DNA from: a virus
Taxonomy: Duplodnaviria; Caudoviricetes
Direction: 5' to 3' (one strand)
Virus record (IMG/VR): IMGVR_UViG_3300036859_000729
Span: 1-51,082 of that record
DNA length: 51,082 bases
The notes beneath the pieces are model-generated. The model was given only the letters and a program-made list of their open reading frames with translations, made no database searches and had not been told where the DNA came from. Below are positions 24,865 to 32,537 of the stretch, piece after piece. Numbering within the stretch: position 1 is the first letter of the stretch; every line of letters starts with the position of its first letter. The translations under genes were made by a program, and so were the position numbers.

Positions 24865-24893
24865 TTGACACCGCGGTAATTCACGTGTAATAT
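24865..24893 (+). promoter_or_regulatory. Sigma70 promoter for the replication/recombination operon
   Basis: TTGACA-17 nt-TAATAT. Confidence 0.75.
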
Positions 24894-24937
24894 CGGCGGA
24901 TATTAGACGTGCATTTCCCCCAAGAAAGGGCCTCGCC

Positions 24938-25174
24938 ATGCCACTCTCCCCCCTCCGTAAGGAGGAACTCCGCCTTCAGAATGAAGAGGCGCGAGAGGCG
25001 ATAGAGAAGGTGCTCCAACTCCTCCGCGCGTCGGGGGTTGCGGAGATAAGCCTCGCCATCACCCTCGCGGGAGTTGCGGCGGCCTACACGAAGGCTCTCC
25101 CTCCTTCCCAACGCATCCCCGTCGCGAGGGCAACGCTCCTTTCCTTCTACAACGCCGCGCGAGGAGACATCTGA
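24938..25174 (+). CDS. Hypothetical protein
   Basis: AAAGGG SD; first gene after the promoter. Confidence 0.7.
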   Translation: MPLSPLRKEELRLQNEEAREAIEKVLQLLRASGVAEISLAITLAGVAAAYTKALPPSQRIPVARATLLSFYNAARGDI

Positions 25175-25467
25175 TGCCTCGCCGCCCCGCTATCACCCCG
25201 AGCGAGAAGCTCACCCTCATGCTCCCCCAGGACGTGCGGGTCCGGCTCGATCTCTTCCTCCACTCCGATCTCCAAGGCCGCGTCCCGGTCGGAGCGTACC
25301 AGCGCTTCTTCACCGCACGCATCCTCGAGTTCTTCGGCGACAAACCCCTCGACCTCGCGCCCTTCCTCGGCTCGCCTCCCGGCGAGTTCGTCGTCCGCGC
25401 TCCGATCGACACGATCGCGAGGCTGCAGGACTATCTCCTCCGCTCCCGCGTCGAGGCCGGCGAATGA
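25174..25467 (+). CDS. Putative ribbon-helix-helix DNA-binding protein
   Basis: MPRRP...KLTLMLPQDV..RLD..L N-terminal pattern. Confidence 0.5.
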   Translation: MPRRPAITPSEKLTLMLPQDVRVRLDLFLHSDLQGRVPVGAYQRFFTARILEFFGDKPLDLAPFLGSPPGEFVVRAPIDTIARLQDYLLRSRVEAGE

Positions 25468-25661
25468 AGTGCAAGTGCGGGGGCACGACCCGCAACCTCG
25501 CGACGCGGGCCACGGCTTACTACATCTCACGTCGACGTGAGTGCAAGCGCTGCCGCATCCGTTTCTCCACCCGTGAGGTGCGAACGGAGGAACTCCTCCT
25601 CCTCCGCGCGGCGATGGAGCAGGTCCGCAAACTTACCACCATGAAAGGACTTGGCAGATGA
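25464..25661 (+). CDS. NrdR-like Zn-ribbon protein
   Basis: MKC.CG...TR...SRRRECKRC..RFSTRE matches the NrdR N-terminal Zn ribbon; no ATP cone. Confidence 0.7.
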   Translation: MKCKCGGTTRNLATRATAYYISRRRECKRCRIRFSTREVRTEELLLLRAAMEQVRKLTTMKGLGR

Positions 25662-25816
25662 TTTGCTTCGGGCTTTCCCTTCTCTCCTTTGCCCTCTCCC
25701 TCCTCTCCCTCTACTCCGCAATTCGCGCGTGGAGGATGGCGACGGTGGCGAAGCGCCTCTCGCTCGAGGCCCTCGAAACCCTGAAATATTGGAGACCCAC
25801 CCATGCAGATGAGTAG
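25658..25816 (+). CDS. Small membrane protein (52 aa)
   Basis: ATGA overlap; MICFGLSLLSFALSLLSLYSAIRAW TM segment. Confidence 0.5.
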   Translation: MICFGLSLLSFALSLLSLYSAIRAWRMATVAKRLSLEALETLKYWRPTHADE

Positions 25817-26021
25817 TGAAATTCAGGCGAAGGTTGCCATGTGGCGACGGAAGTCGATCGAGGGAACCCTCTCCCCCGAAGAGATGCGCGAGGCGGTCGA
25901 TCTCCTTCGGGCGGGGAGGACCTCCGCCGCGATGACGGCCGCCGCCGCGAAGAAGAGAACGAAGGCCGCCAAGGCGATTGTCTCGGCGGATGACTTGCTT
26001 GACGAACTGGGAGGCCTCTAA
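25803..26021 (+). CDS. Hypothetical protein
   Basis: GGAG SD; ends VSADDLLDELGGL. Confidence 0.75.
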   Translation: MQMSSEIQAKVAMWRRKSIEGTLSPEEMREAVDLLRAGRTSAAMTAAAAKKRTKAAKAIVSADDLLDELGGL

Positions 26022-26022
26022 C

Positions 26023-26268
26023 ATGATGCAATCGATTTGCGGGAACTGCAAGTGGTACAACCACACCGAGGAGATGCCGGATGGCTTCGGCCACTGCCAC
26101 CTCAACCCCCCGCAACTTTCCCACGTCCTCGTCCCCGTGCAGCAGCAGAACATCGCGATGGCACAGCAGAGCCGCGGCCTCACCCTCCAGGACTTCACCG
26201 GCTGGCCTGTCGTGAAGTTCCGTGACTTCTGCGGCCAGTATGGACCCAAAATCACCCTGGTGCAATAG
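26023..26268 (+). CDS. Cys-rich hypothetical protein
   Basis: CGNCKWY...G.C..NPP...WP.V....FCG pattern. Confidence 0.7.
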   Translation: MMQSICGNCKWYNHTEEMPDGFGHCHLNPPQLSHVLVPVQQQNIAMAQQSRGLTLQDFTGWPVVKFRDFCGQYGPKITLVQ

Positions 26269-26270
26269 CC

Positions 26271-27188
26271 ATGAACCAAGACATCGTACCTTTCCCCGAG
26301 GTGGTTGACTCCACCATGATTGCGGAATTCCGCGCTTGCCCGTGGAAGTTCTTCACCACCTACCTCCAACACTGGAAGACGCGGAACCTCTCCGTCCATC
26401 TCCACGCAGGGGCGGCATTCGCCCGAGGCCTGGAGGTGGGGAGGAAGGCGTTCTGGGACCAGGGGTTCCCGGAGCAAGAGGCCATCGCCCTCGGGATGGG
26501 GGCACTCCTCACCGCCTACGGTGACTTCGAATGCCCGGAGGACTCTCCCAAGAGCGCCGACCGGATGGCCGCGGCCTACGAATACTCCATGTCGATGTAC
26601 CCCATGTCGCAGGAGAGGATGCCCCCGATCCGCCTCGGCGACAAGCATGCCATCGAGTTCTCGTTCGTCGAGCCCCTCGACTTCCTCCACCCCACGACCG
26701 GCCAGCCCGTCCTCTACTCCGGCCGCTACGACCAGATTGTGGAGTACGCGGGCCAGCCCTTCGGGTTCGATGACAAGACAACCGGGTCGATGGGCGCAGC
26801 GTGGCCGAAGCAGTGGGACCTCCGCTCCCAATTCACCGCCTATTGTTGGGGAGCCAGACGCGCCAAGATCCCCGTCGCCGGCTTCATCGTTCGGGGGACG
26901 GGCATCCTCAAGACCAAGTTCGACACGCAGCAAGCCATCACCTATCGCGCTGAGTGGCAAATCGAACAGTGGATGGAAACCCTCCTCCAAGATCTCCGCG
27001 ACATGCAGACGTATTGGGAAAGAGGGTTCTGGAAACGAAACCTCTCCGAGTCCTGCAACGCGTATGGCGGGTGCGGGTATAAGAAGGTTTGCCAGAGCCA
27101 AGACCCAGGGCCGTGGCTCGCCGTGGACTTCGCGCGGAGGGTTTGGAACCCGATCCTCAGGGAGGAGAGGGAATGGGTGGAGGTGTGA
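26271..27188 (+). CDS. PD-(D/E)XK exonuclease (Cas4/RecB-like)
   Basis: S.I..FRACP N-terminus; H.G; E...GRYD...DDKT; Q..AY; C-terminal C....GC.Y...C. Confidence 0.85.
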   Translation: MNQDIVPFPEVVDSTMIAEFRACPWKFFTTYLQHWKTRNLSVHLHAGAAFARGLEVGRKAFWDQGFPEQEAIALGMGALLTAYGDFECPEDSPKSADRMAAAYEYSMSMYPMSQERMPPIRLGDKHAIEFSFVEPLDFLHPTTGQPVLYSGRYDQIVEYAGQPFGFDDKTTGSMGAAWPKQWDLRSQFTAYCWGARRAKIPVAGFIVRGTGILKTKFDTQQAITYRAEWQIEQWMETLLQDLRDMQTYWERGFWKRNLSESCNAYGGCGYKKVCQSQDPGPWLAVDFARRVWNPILREEREWVEV

Positions 27189-27631
27189 GCCGGGCATTCG
27201 AGGATGCGTTCAATCTGCTGTGTGATCGGCAGGTAGGCAACGGAATGAGTCGCAAGGTGTTCACAAGTGTCTTGCTGCCGGAGTGCGTAATTAAAGTCGA
27301 AGACGACGCACACCGATTCCAGAATGTTGTGGAATGGGAAACTTGGAATCGCATCAAGTACACGCCGGCGAGCCGCTGGTTTGCTGAATGCAAGTGGATC
27401 AGCCCCAACGGCATCGTGCTGATCATGGAACGCACTTTGCCGCCGCGTGCCGAGGACTTTCCGAAACGAATGCCAGTGTTCCTGAGTGACTTCAAGCGCA
27501 CGAACTATGGTATGGCGAAGTCCAAGGGGAAGAAACAGTGGCTCGTGTGCCACGATTACGGCACCCACCTCCTGTGGCAAGAAGGCTGCCACACCAAGCG
27601 AACCAAAAACGCAGACTGGTGGGATGAGTGA
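27185..27631 (+). CDS. Minimal protein kinase-like enzyme
   Basis: G-loop GNGMSRKV; VIK; helix-C E; LIMER hinge; catalytic loop DFKRTN; DYG. Confidence 0.7.
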   Translation: MSRAFEDAFNLLCDRQVGNGMSRKVFTSVLLPECVIKVEDDAHRFQNVVEWETWNRIKYTPASRWFAECKWISPNGIVLIMERTLPPRAEDFPKRMPVFLSDFKRTNYGMAKSKGKKQWLVCHDYGTHLLWQEGCHTKRTKNADWWDE

Positions 27632-28011
27632 TGGCTCGCTGGCCCGTCACCTACTTCCTCTTCGACCGCGTCTTCGACACCGGGGAGATTGAATCCGACT
27701 CTCCCCCGGATTCCCTCGCCTATTTCTGCGCCTCGTGCGGGCGGGTCTGGGGCCGGGCCTACATCGAAGGCACGACGTGGCACCAACGCACGACGCCCTG
27801 CGAGCGGCACTGGAAAACCGGGGTAGCTGACTGGGCGACGGTGCCCGGCTCCTTCCTCCCCTTCTCCATCGGGTGGTGGAGTGTGGAAGTCTCGACCATG
27901 TTCTGGGCAGCCACACTCGACTACCTTCCTCCCAAAGTTCTTAGCCGCGAGCTTCGGCTCGCATTACTTGAGGTAGAACGAAGTGAGCACACTGAAATTA
28001 GCGGGACCTAA
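27628..28011 (+). CDS. Hypothetical Zn-binding protein
   Basis: YFCASCGRVW...CERH. Confidence 0.65.
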   Translation: MMARWPVTYFLFDRVFDTGEIESDSPPDSLAYFCASCGRVWGRAYIEGTTWHQRTTPCERHWKTGVADWATVPGSFLPFSIGWWSVEVSTMFWAATLDYLPPKVLSRELRLALLEVERSEHTEISGT

Positions 28012-28822
28012 GGTCCTTCTCCTCGGCGCCGCCGGGACGGGGAAGTCCTATTCCATCGGAACCCTCGTCGACTGGGCGGAGAAGAATGGATTCCACTGCC
28101 ACGTCATCTACACGGAGAACTCGCTGGAGACTCTCCTCGGTTACTGGCTCGACCGGGGGAAAGAGGTGCCGAAGTCCCTCGCTTGGCACGTAAACATCGT
28201 CCCTGCCCTCCCTCTCGACTCCCTCATCAAGGGGGCGAAGGACTCCGGCATGATGTCGTACAAGCAGCTCACCGAGATGACGGACCCCGACCGGATGAAG
28301 AACAATCCGTGGGAGAAGTTCCTCCGCCTCCTCACCGACGTGCCAGATGACAGGACGGGGGCGAAGTTCGGGAGTATCGACACGTGGGACAACCGCAAGA
28401 TCCTCGTCATCGACTCCCTTACCGAGGCGGCGAATGCGGCGTTCAGGATGCAGACGGGGAACAAACCTACCGCCTCGCCGCCTGAGTACCAGGTTGCCCA
28501 GAACAACTTCTACAACTGGCTCCGCTACATGGCGCAGAGTCTCAGGTGTACCTTCGTCATGACGGGCCACCCGCAGCGGCAGATGAACGAACTCACCGGT
28601 GCGCAGAACGTCACGACCTCGGCGATCGGGAAGGCGTTGGGGGAGGATATCCCCCGCCAGTTCTCCGAGGTGGTGTGGTGCCGCCGGGAGGGTGTCTCGT
28701 GGGTTTGGGACAACATGACTTCGGGCATCGACACGAAGAAGAGGTATCTCCCTCTCTCCGCGAAGATTCTCCCCGACTTCGCTCAGATCATGGACCCGTG
28801 GATGAAGAGGGCGGTGGTATGA
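27983..28822 (+). CDS. AAA_24 / Sak4-like ATPase
   Basis: Walker A GAAGTGKS; Walker B LVIDSLT; TGH; lies between the nuclease and SSB-like genes. Confidence 0.8.
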   Translation: MSTLKLAGPKVLLLGAAGTGKSYSIGTLVDWAEKNGFHCHVIYTENSLETLLGYWLDRGKEVPKSLAWHVNIVPALPLDSLIKGAKDSGMMSYKQLTEMTDPDRMKNNPWEKFLRLLTDVPDDRTGAKFGSIDTWDNRKILVIDSLTEAANAAFRMQTGNKPTASPPEYQVAQNNFYNWLRYMAQSLRCTFVMTGHPQRQMNELTGAQNVTTSAIGKALGEDIPRQFSEVVWCRREGVSWVWDNMTSGIDTKKRYLPLSAKILPDFAQIMDPWMKRAVV

Positions 28823-29079
28823 GCAAGATCAAACTCGGCGACGCGATGGCGTACCTCGGGCCGGGGAACTATGTGAAGGTCGGCGCCCTCTTCGCCGAGT
28901 CGGATAACCCCGACCGAATGACACTGAAGCTCGACGCCGTCCCTCTCCCCAACGTGAAGTGGGACGGGTGGATCAACATTTGGACGGAAAAGCCGAAGCC
29001 GGCGGCTCGTGTGGAATCGGCTCCAAAAGTACCGATTGACCCTTCTGACACCCCTCTCGACGACGACACCCCCTTTTGA
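28819..29079 (+). CDS. Small SSB-like protein with acidic DDTPF tail
   Basis: KVG..F....TLKLDAVP....DGW beta pattern; C-terminus DDDTPF resembles the SSB tail DDDIPF. Confidence 0.6.
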   Translation: MSKIKLGDAMAYLGPGNYVKVGALFAESDNPDRMTLKLDAVPLPNVKWDGWINIWTEKPKPAARVESAPKVPIDPSDTPLDDDTPF

Positions 29080-29146
29080 CTGAACCTAGGCCGCAGGCAG
29101 AGGCCCAGGTCCTCATCGACCAACCTGCCAATTCAAGGAAGACACT

Positions 29147-29605
29147 ATGCAATTCGATCCCATGCAGTACATGGACATGGAAACCACGGAGGAGGCGAAG
29201 AAGCGCCCGCCGCTCCCTGTCCGCGACTATCCCGCCATCATCAGTGACCTCGTCGTCAAGCCCTGGGCGAATGACGAGGGGAAGAGCGGCATGCAGGCGC
29301 TCGTGACCCTGGACGTCGAGGTCCCCCTCGAAGTGCAGGAAGCCATCGGCTACAAGCCGAAGGACAACACGATGCGCTTCACCGATCGTCCCTTCATCGA
29401 CATCAATGAGGGCGGCGCGATCGACTGGTCGCCGGGCGCCAACCGCCGCCTCCGCCAGTACCGCGTCGCCGCGGACATGAACAAGGCAGGCGAGTCCTTT
29501 TCCCTCCGCCGCCTCGTCGGCCGTCCCGTCCTCGTCAAGATCACCCACGAGATGTATCAGGGCGAGACGCAAGAGCGGATCGGCGGCGTGGCACCGCGGG
29601 GCTGA
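29147..29605 (+). CDS. DUF669-like putative ssDNA-binding protein
   Basis: PLP..DY.A.I...L.G.PV.VKI.HE.YQG OB-like pattern; follows the Sak4-like gene. Confidence 0.6.
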   Translation: MQFDPMQYMDMETTEEAKKRPPLPVRDYPAIISDLVVKPWANDEGKSGMQALVTLDVEVPLEVQEAIGYKPKDNTMRFTDRPFIDINEGGAIDWSPGANRRLRQYRVAADMNKAGESFSLRRLVGRPVLVKITHEMYQGETQERIGGVAPRG

Positions 29606-29618
29606 GACAACGAAACCT

Positions 29619-29646
29619 GGGGCACCTTCGCGGTGCCTCTCTTTCT
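29619..29646 (+). terminator. Hairpin / possible intrinsic terminator
   Basis: GGGGCACC-TTCGC-GGTGCCTC-TCTTTCT. Confidence 0.5.
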
Positions 29647-29656
29647 GGAGAACCGA

Positions 29657-29872
29657 ATGACAACCTACATCATCGTGACGGAGGACGGCGACGTCTTCAA
29701 ATCCTCGGACGAGGACCAACTGAATAAGTGGTTGGAAAGTAATTCCCTCGTCATCAACCCGGCGACGCTGCAGTGTGTCGAGGGCGACGCGGCAGATATG
29801 GACGGGCCCTGGGAAGACATCGACGACGCGCCGAGCATCGAGGATCCGGCCGACGAGGAAGAGGGGAACTGA
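29657..29872 (+). CDS. Small acidic protein
   Basis: GGAG SD; very D/E-rich. Confidence 0.7.
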   Translation: MTTYIIVTEDGDVFKSSDEDQLNKWLESNSLVINPATLQCVEGDAADMDGPWEDIDDAPSIEDPADEEEGN

Positions 29873-29873
29873 G

Positions 29874-30374
29874 ATGCGGCCTCCCTATGCAGAATTCGTC
29901 CAACAGCGTTTCACCAAGCGGGCGGAAGGTGGGGAGGCCCTTCTCCACTCCGCGATCGGGATGGCAGGAGAACTCGTCGAACTCCTCGATGCGAAGTCAC
30001 GAGAGAACGTGATTGAGGAACTCGGGGACTTCGAGTTCTATTACGAAGCGGCGCGGGCGATCCTCGGGGTTGACCCTGCCATTCAGCACCATGGCGGGGT
30101 CACCACCAATCTGGTCTCTACCCTCAACCAGGCCCTGGTCGCCGCCAACGACTTCCTGGACCAGGCAAAGAAGGTTTGGGTTTACGGGAAGGAGGTTGAT
30201 GCGCAGATTTTCCGATTCTGCCTCATTCAAACCCGCCTCGCCGTGAATGAGGTTGAGTGTCTCCTCGCCGTCACCTCCACCCAGGCGCAAGACGCCAACA
30301 TGGAAAAGCTGTTCAAGCGCTACCCCACCGGGTATACAGACGCCCTCGCCCTGGCGCGGAAGGACAAGGAATGA
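29874..30374 (+). CDS. MazG-like NTP pyrophosphohydrolase
   Basis: LLHSAIGMAGELVEL...IEELGD..FY...N.EKL.KRYP motif. Confidence 0.8.
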   Translation: MRPPYAEFVQQRFTKRAEGGEALLHSAIGMAGELVELLDAKSRENVIEELGDFEFYYEAARAILGVDPAIQHHGGVTTNLVSTLNQALVAANDFLDQAKKVWVYGKEVDAQIFRFCLIQTRLAVNEVECLLAVTSTQAQDANMEKLFKRYPTGYTDALALARKDKE

Positions 30375-31705
30375 GAATTCAGAACTTCGCCGACATCAAG
30401 GCGATCAAAATTCCTCCAAATCGCCAGCGAACCGAGTTCGATGAGGGAGAGCTGAGAGAGCTGAGCGAGTCGATTCAAGCCCGCGGCCTCCTCCACGCAA
30501 TCGTGCTACGGGAGGACGCCGGCAACCTCTTCCTCGTGTCGGGAGAGAGACGGCTCCGCGCAATCGAGGATCTCTGGGCGTTGGGGGGCCAGTTCAAGTA
30601 CGATGGCTTCTACGTACCCGAAGGCACCGTCCCCTTCAACAACCTCCGCGAACTCTCGCCTCTCGAAGCGATGGAGGCGGAGTTCGAGGAGAACGTTCGC
30701 CGGACGGACCTCTCGTGGCAGGACCGCGCGAAGGCGACGAAGGCCCTCGAGACCTTGCGGGGGGAGCAAGCGAAGGCAAAAGGTCTTCCTCCTCCCTCCC
30801 TCGCCTCAATCGCGAAGGAGGTTCGCGGCGCGACCTCCGGCAGTCCCATCGGCGACACGAAGATGGAACTCATCCTCGCCGGCCACCTCAACGACCCGGA
30901 CATCGCGAAGGCGCCGACGCTCCGCGAAGCGTTTAAGGTGGCGCAGCGGAAGGAGGTCGCCCGTCAGAACGCCGAACTCGGGGAACTCGTTGGCCGGGCC
31001 TTCACCTCCGCGGTCCACAAGATCTACAACGAGGATGTAACCGAGTGGGTGAAGGAGCAAGCGGATGAGCAGTTTGACGTGATTCTCACCGACCCCCCTT
31101 ACGGGATGGGGGCGGATGAGTTTGGGGATTCCGGAGGGATGGCGGCGGGCGGGCATGGCTACGGCGACGATCCGGTCACTTTCTATGAACTCTTCTACAC
31201 GGCAGCAGCTGACGGCCACGGCATGCTCGAACACTTCTTCCGCCTCGCCAAGCCGGAGGCCCACCTCTACCTCTTCTGCGACGTCGACAAGTTCGGGTTT
31301 CTGAAGGGCCAAGCGGAGGAGGCGGGGTGGAAGGTCTTCCGCACGCCGCTGATCTGGCACAAGCCCACCGCCGCTCGGGCGCCGTGGCCCGAGCAAGGAC
31401 CGCAGAGGAAATACGAGACGATCCTCTACGCCGTGAAGGGTGGCATGAAGGTGAACAAGATGGCAGGGGATGTCCTTACCTACATGCCGGACGAGAACCT
31501 GGGAAATGCGGCGCAGAAACCCGTTTCCCTCTTCACCGACCTCCTCTCCCGCTCCGTCCGTCCAGGGGGACGGGTGTTGGATGCGTTCTGCGGCTCGGGG
31601 CCGATCTTCCCGGCTGCGCACCTCCTCAAGGTGGCTGCGGTGGGGGTGGAAAAGGATGTGGCGAGCTATGGGATTGCACTGAAGAGGTTGGAGGGGTTAA
31701 AATGA
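30371..31705 (+). CDS. ParB/Srx-domain - DNA N6A/N4C methyltransferase fusion
   Basis: N-terminal RQR..F....L.EL..SI...GLLH.I...LVSGERRLRA; C-terminal ILTDPPYG, QKP, VLDAFCGSG (beta-class motif order). Confidence 0.88.
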   Translation: MRIQNFADIKAIKIPPNRQRTEFDEGELRELSESIQARGLLHAIVLREDAGNLFLVSGERRLRAIEDLWALGGQFKYDGFYVPEGTVPFNNLRELSPLEAMEAEFEENVRRTDLSWQDRAKATKALETLRGEQAKAKGLPPPSLASIAKEVRGATSGSPIGDTKMELILAGHLNDPDIAKAPTLREAFKVAQRKEVARQNAELGELVGRAFTSAVHKIYNEDVTEWVKEQADEQFDVILTDPPYGMGADEFGDSGGMAAGGHGYGDDPVTFYELFYTAAADGHGMLEHFFRLAKPEAHLYLFCDVDKFGFLKGQAEEAGWKVFRTPLIWHKPTAARAPWPEQGPQRKYETILYAVKGGMKVNKMAGDVLTYMPDENLGNAAQKPVSLFTDLLSRSVRPGGRVLDAFCGSGPIFPAAHLLKVAAVGVEKDVASYGIALKRLEGLK

Positions 31706-31968
31706 ACGACCCTCTTCACCGCCGGGTGTGGGTTTCCGCGCAACTTCTCTCCGACTACAGGGCCGCGGGCGGGGAGACCTTCTTCCGCCGAGACAACCTC
31801 GTTGAGGAATTCGCCCGGCGCTTTCCACCAGAAGGGCCGCTAACCGGCGGACCGATAACGTACCTGCAGATCCGCTGCCTCTACGCCCCCACGCGTCACC
31901 AAGTCGAGAGCGTCCTCGTGTTCCTCACGAAGCAAGCCAGGACGTGGCGTGCCCAACAGCCATCTTGA
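31702..31968 (+). CDS. Hypothetical protein
   Basis: GGAGG SD; ATGA overlap. Confidence 0.6.
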   Translation: MNDPLHRRVWVSAQLLSDYRAAGGETFFRRDNLVEEFARRFPPEGPLTGGPITYLQIRCLYAPTRHQVESVLVFLTKQARTWRAQQPS

Positions 31969-32114
31969 ATCCTCGATCGAGCTGAGCCGCGAGGCGATGC
32001 AGATCTTCATCTCAGGGCCAATCACCATCGCCCTGAGAGAAGGAGACGAAGCCCTCCTTCGCACTCATCTAACTCTCTGCCTCCGGCTCGTGGAGGTGGC
32101 GATTAAGCTAAGGA

Positions 32115-32537
32115 ATGAACGTGAGCAACGAAAGCGCGCAAGTCGAGTGGCCCCGGATGGCTCTCCTCCGCGAGGCCCTGGCGATCACCTCGAAGGACAG
32201 GCACACAGCGTACGGCCAGCCGGAGGACAACTTCCAGAACATCGCCGACAACTGGAATGTCTACTTGCGACAGAGATTTGGGGGGTCAGCGCCCTCGCTC
32301 AACTCGATGGACGTGGCATATCTGATGATTCTGATGAAGATGGCCCGGCTGGCGACGAACCAGACACATCGGGATAGCCTCGTGGATGTCGCAGGGTATG
32401 CGGCCTGCGGGGCGGACTGTCAGGAGAAAGCCGGGAGGCAAGCAGCAGTTGGCCAGGAATCGAGACTGACTCCTGGGTCCTGGGTCACAGTGTCGGCGGG
32501 ATCAGAACTCGGTCAGGCACTCGGGACGCTTCGGTGA
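32115..32537 (+). CDS. DUF6378-family protein
   Basis: L.EA......DR...YG.P..NF..IA..W..YL...DVA..M...K.AR......DS.VD.AGYA. Confidence 0.8.
   Translation: MNVSNESAQVEWPRMALLREALAITSKDRHTAYGQPEDNFQNIADNWNVYLRQRFGGSAPSLNSMDVAYLMILMKMARLATNQTHRDSLVDVAGYAACGADCQEKAGRQAAVGQESRLTPGSWVTVSAGSELGQALGTLR

Noticed and set aside
26271-27188. Cas4 as evidence of a CRISPR-Cas system
   Set aside because: Stand-alone PD-(D/E)XK nuclease in an exonuclease-Sak4-SSB recombination context; no array or other cas genes.
30371-30800. ParB as evidence of a plasmid-prophage partition system
   Set aside because: The domain is fused to a methyltransferase, and no ParA, parS array or Rep gene was recognised.
31949-32377. 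142-aa ORF between 31702..31968 and DUF6378
   Set aside because: More than half overlaps DUF6378 in another frame and its C-terminus looks like off-frame translation; the 5' part may be coding, but I cannot support boundaries.
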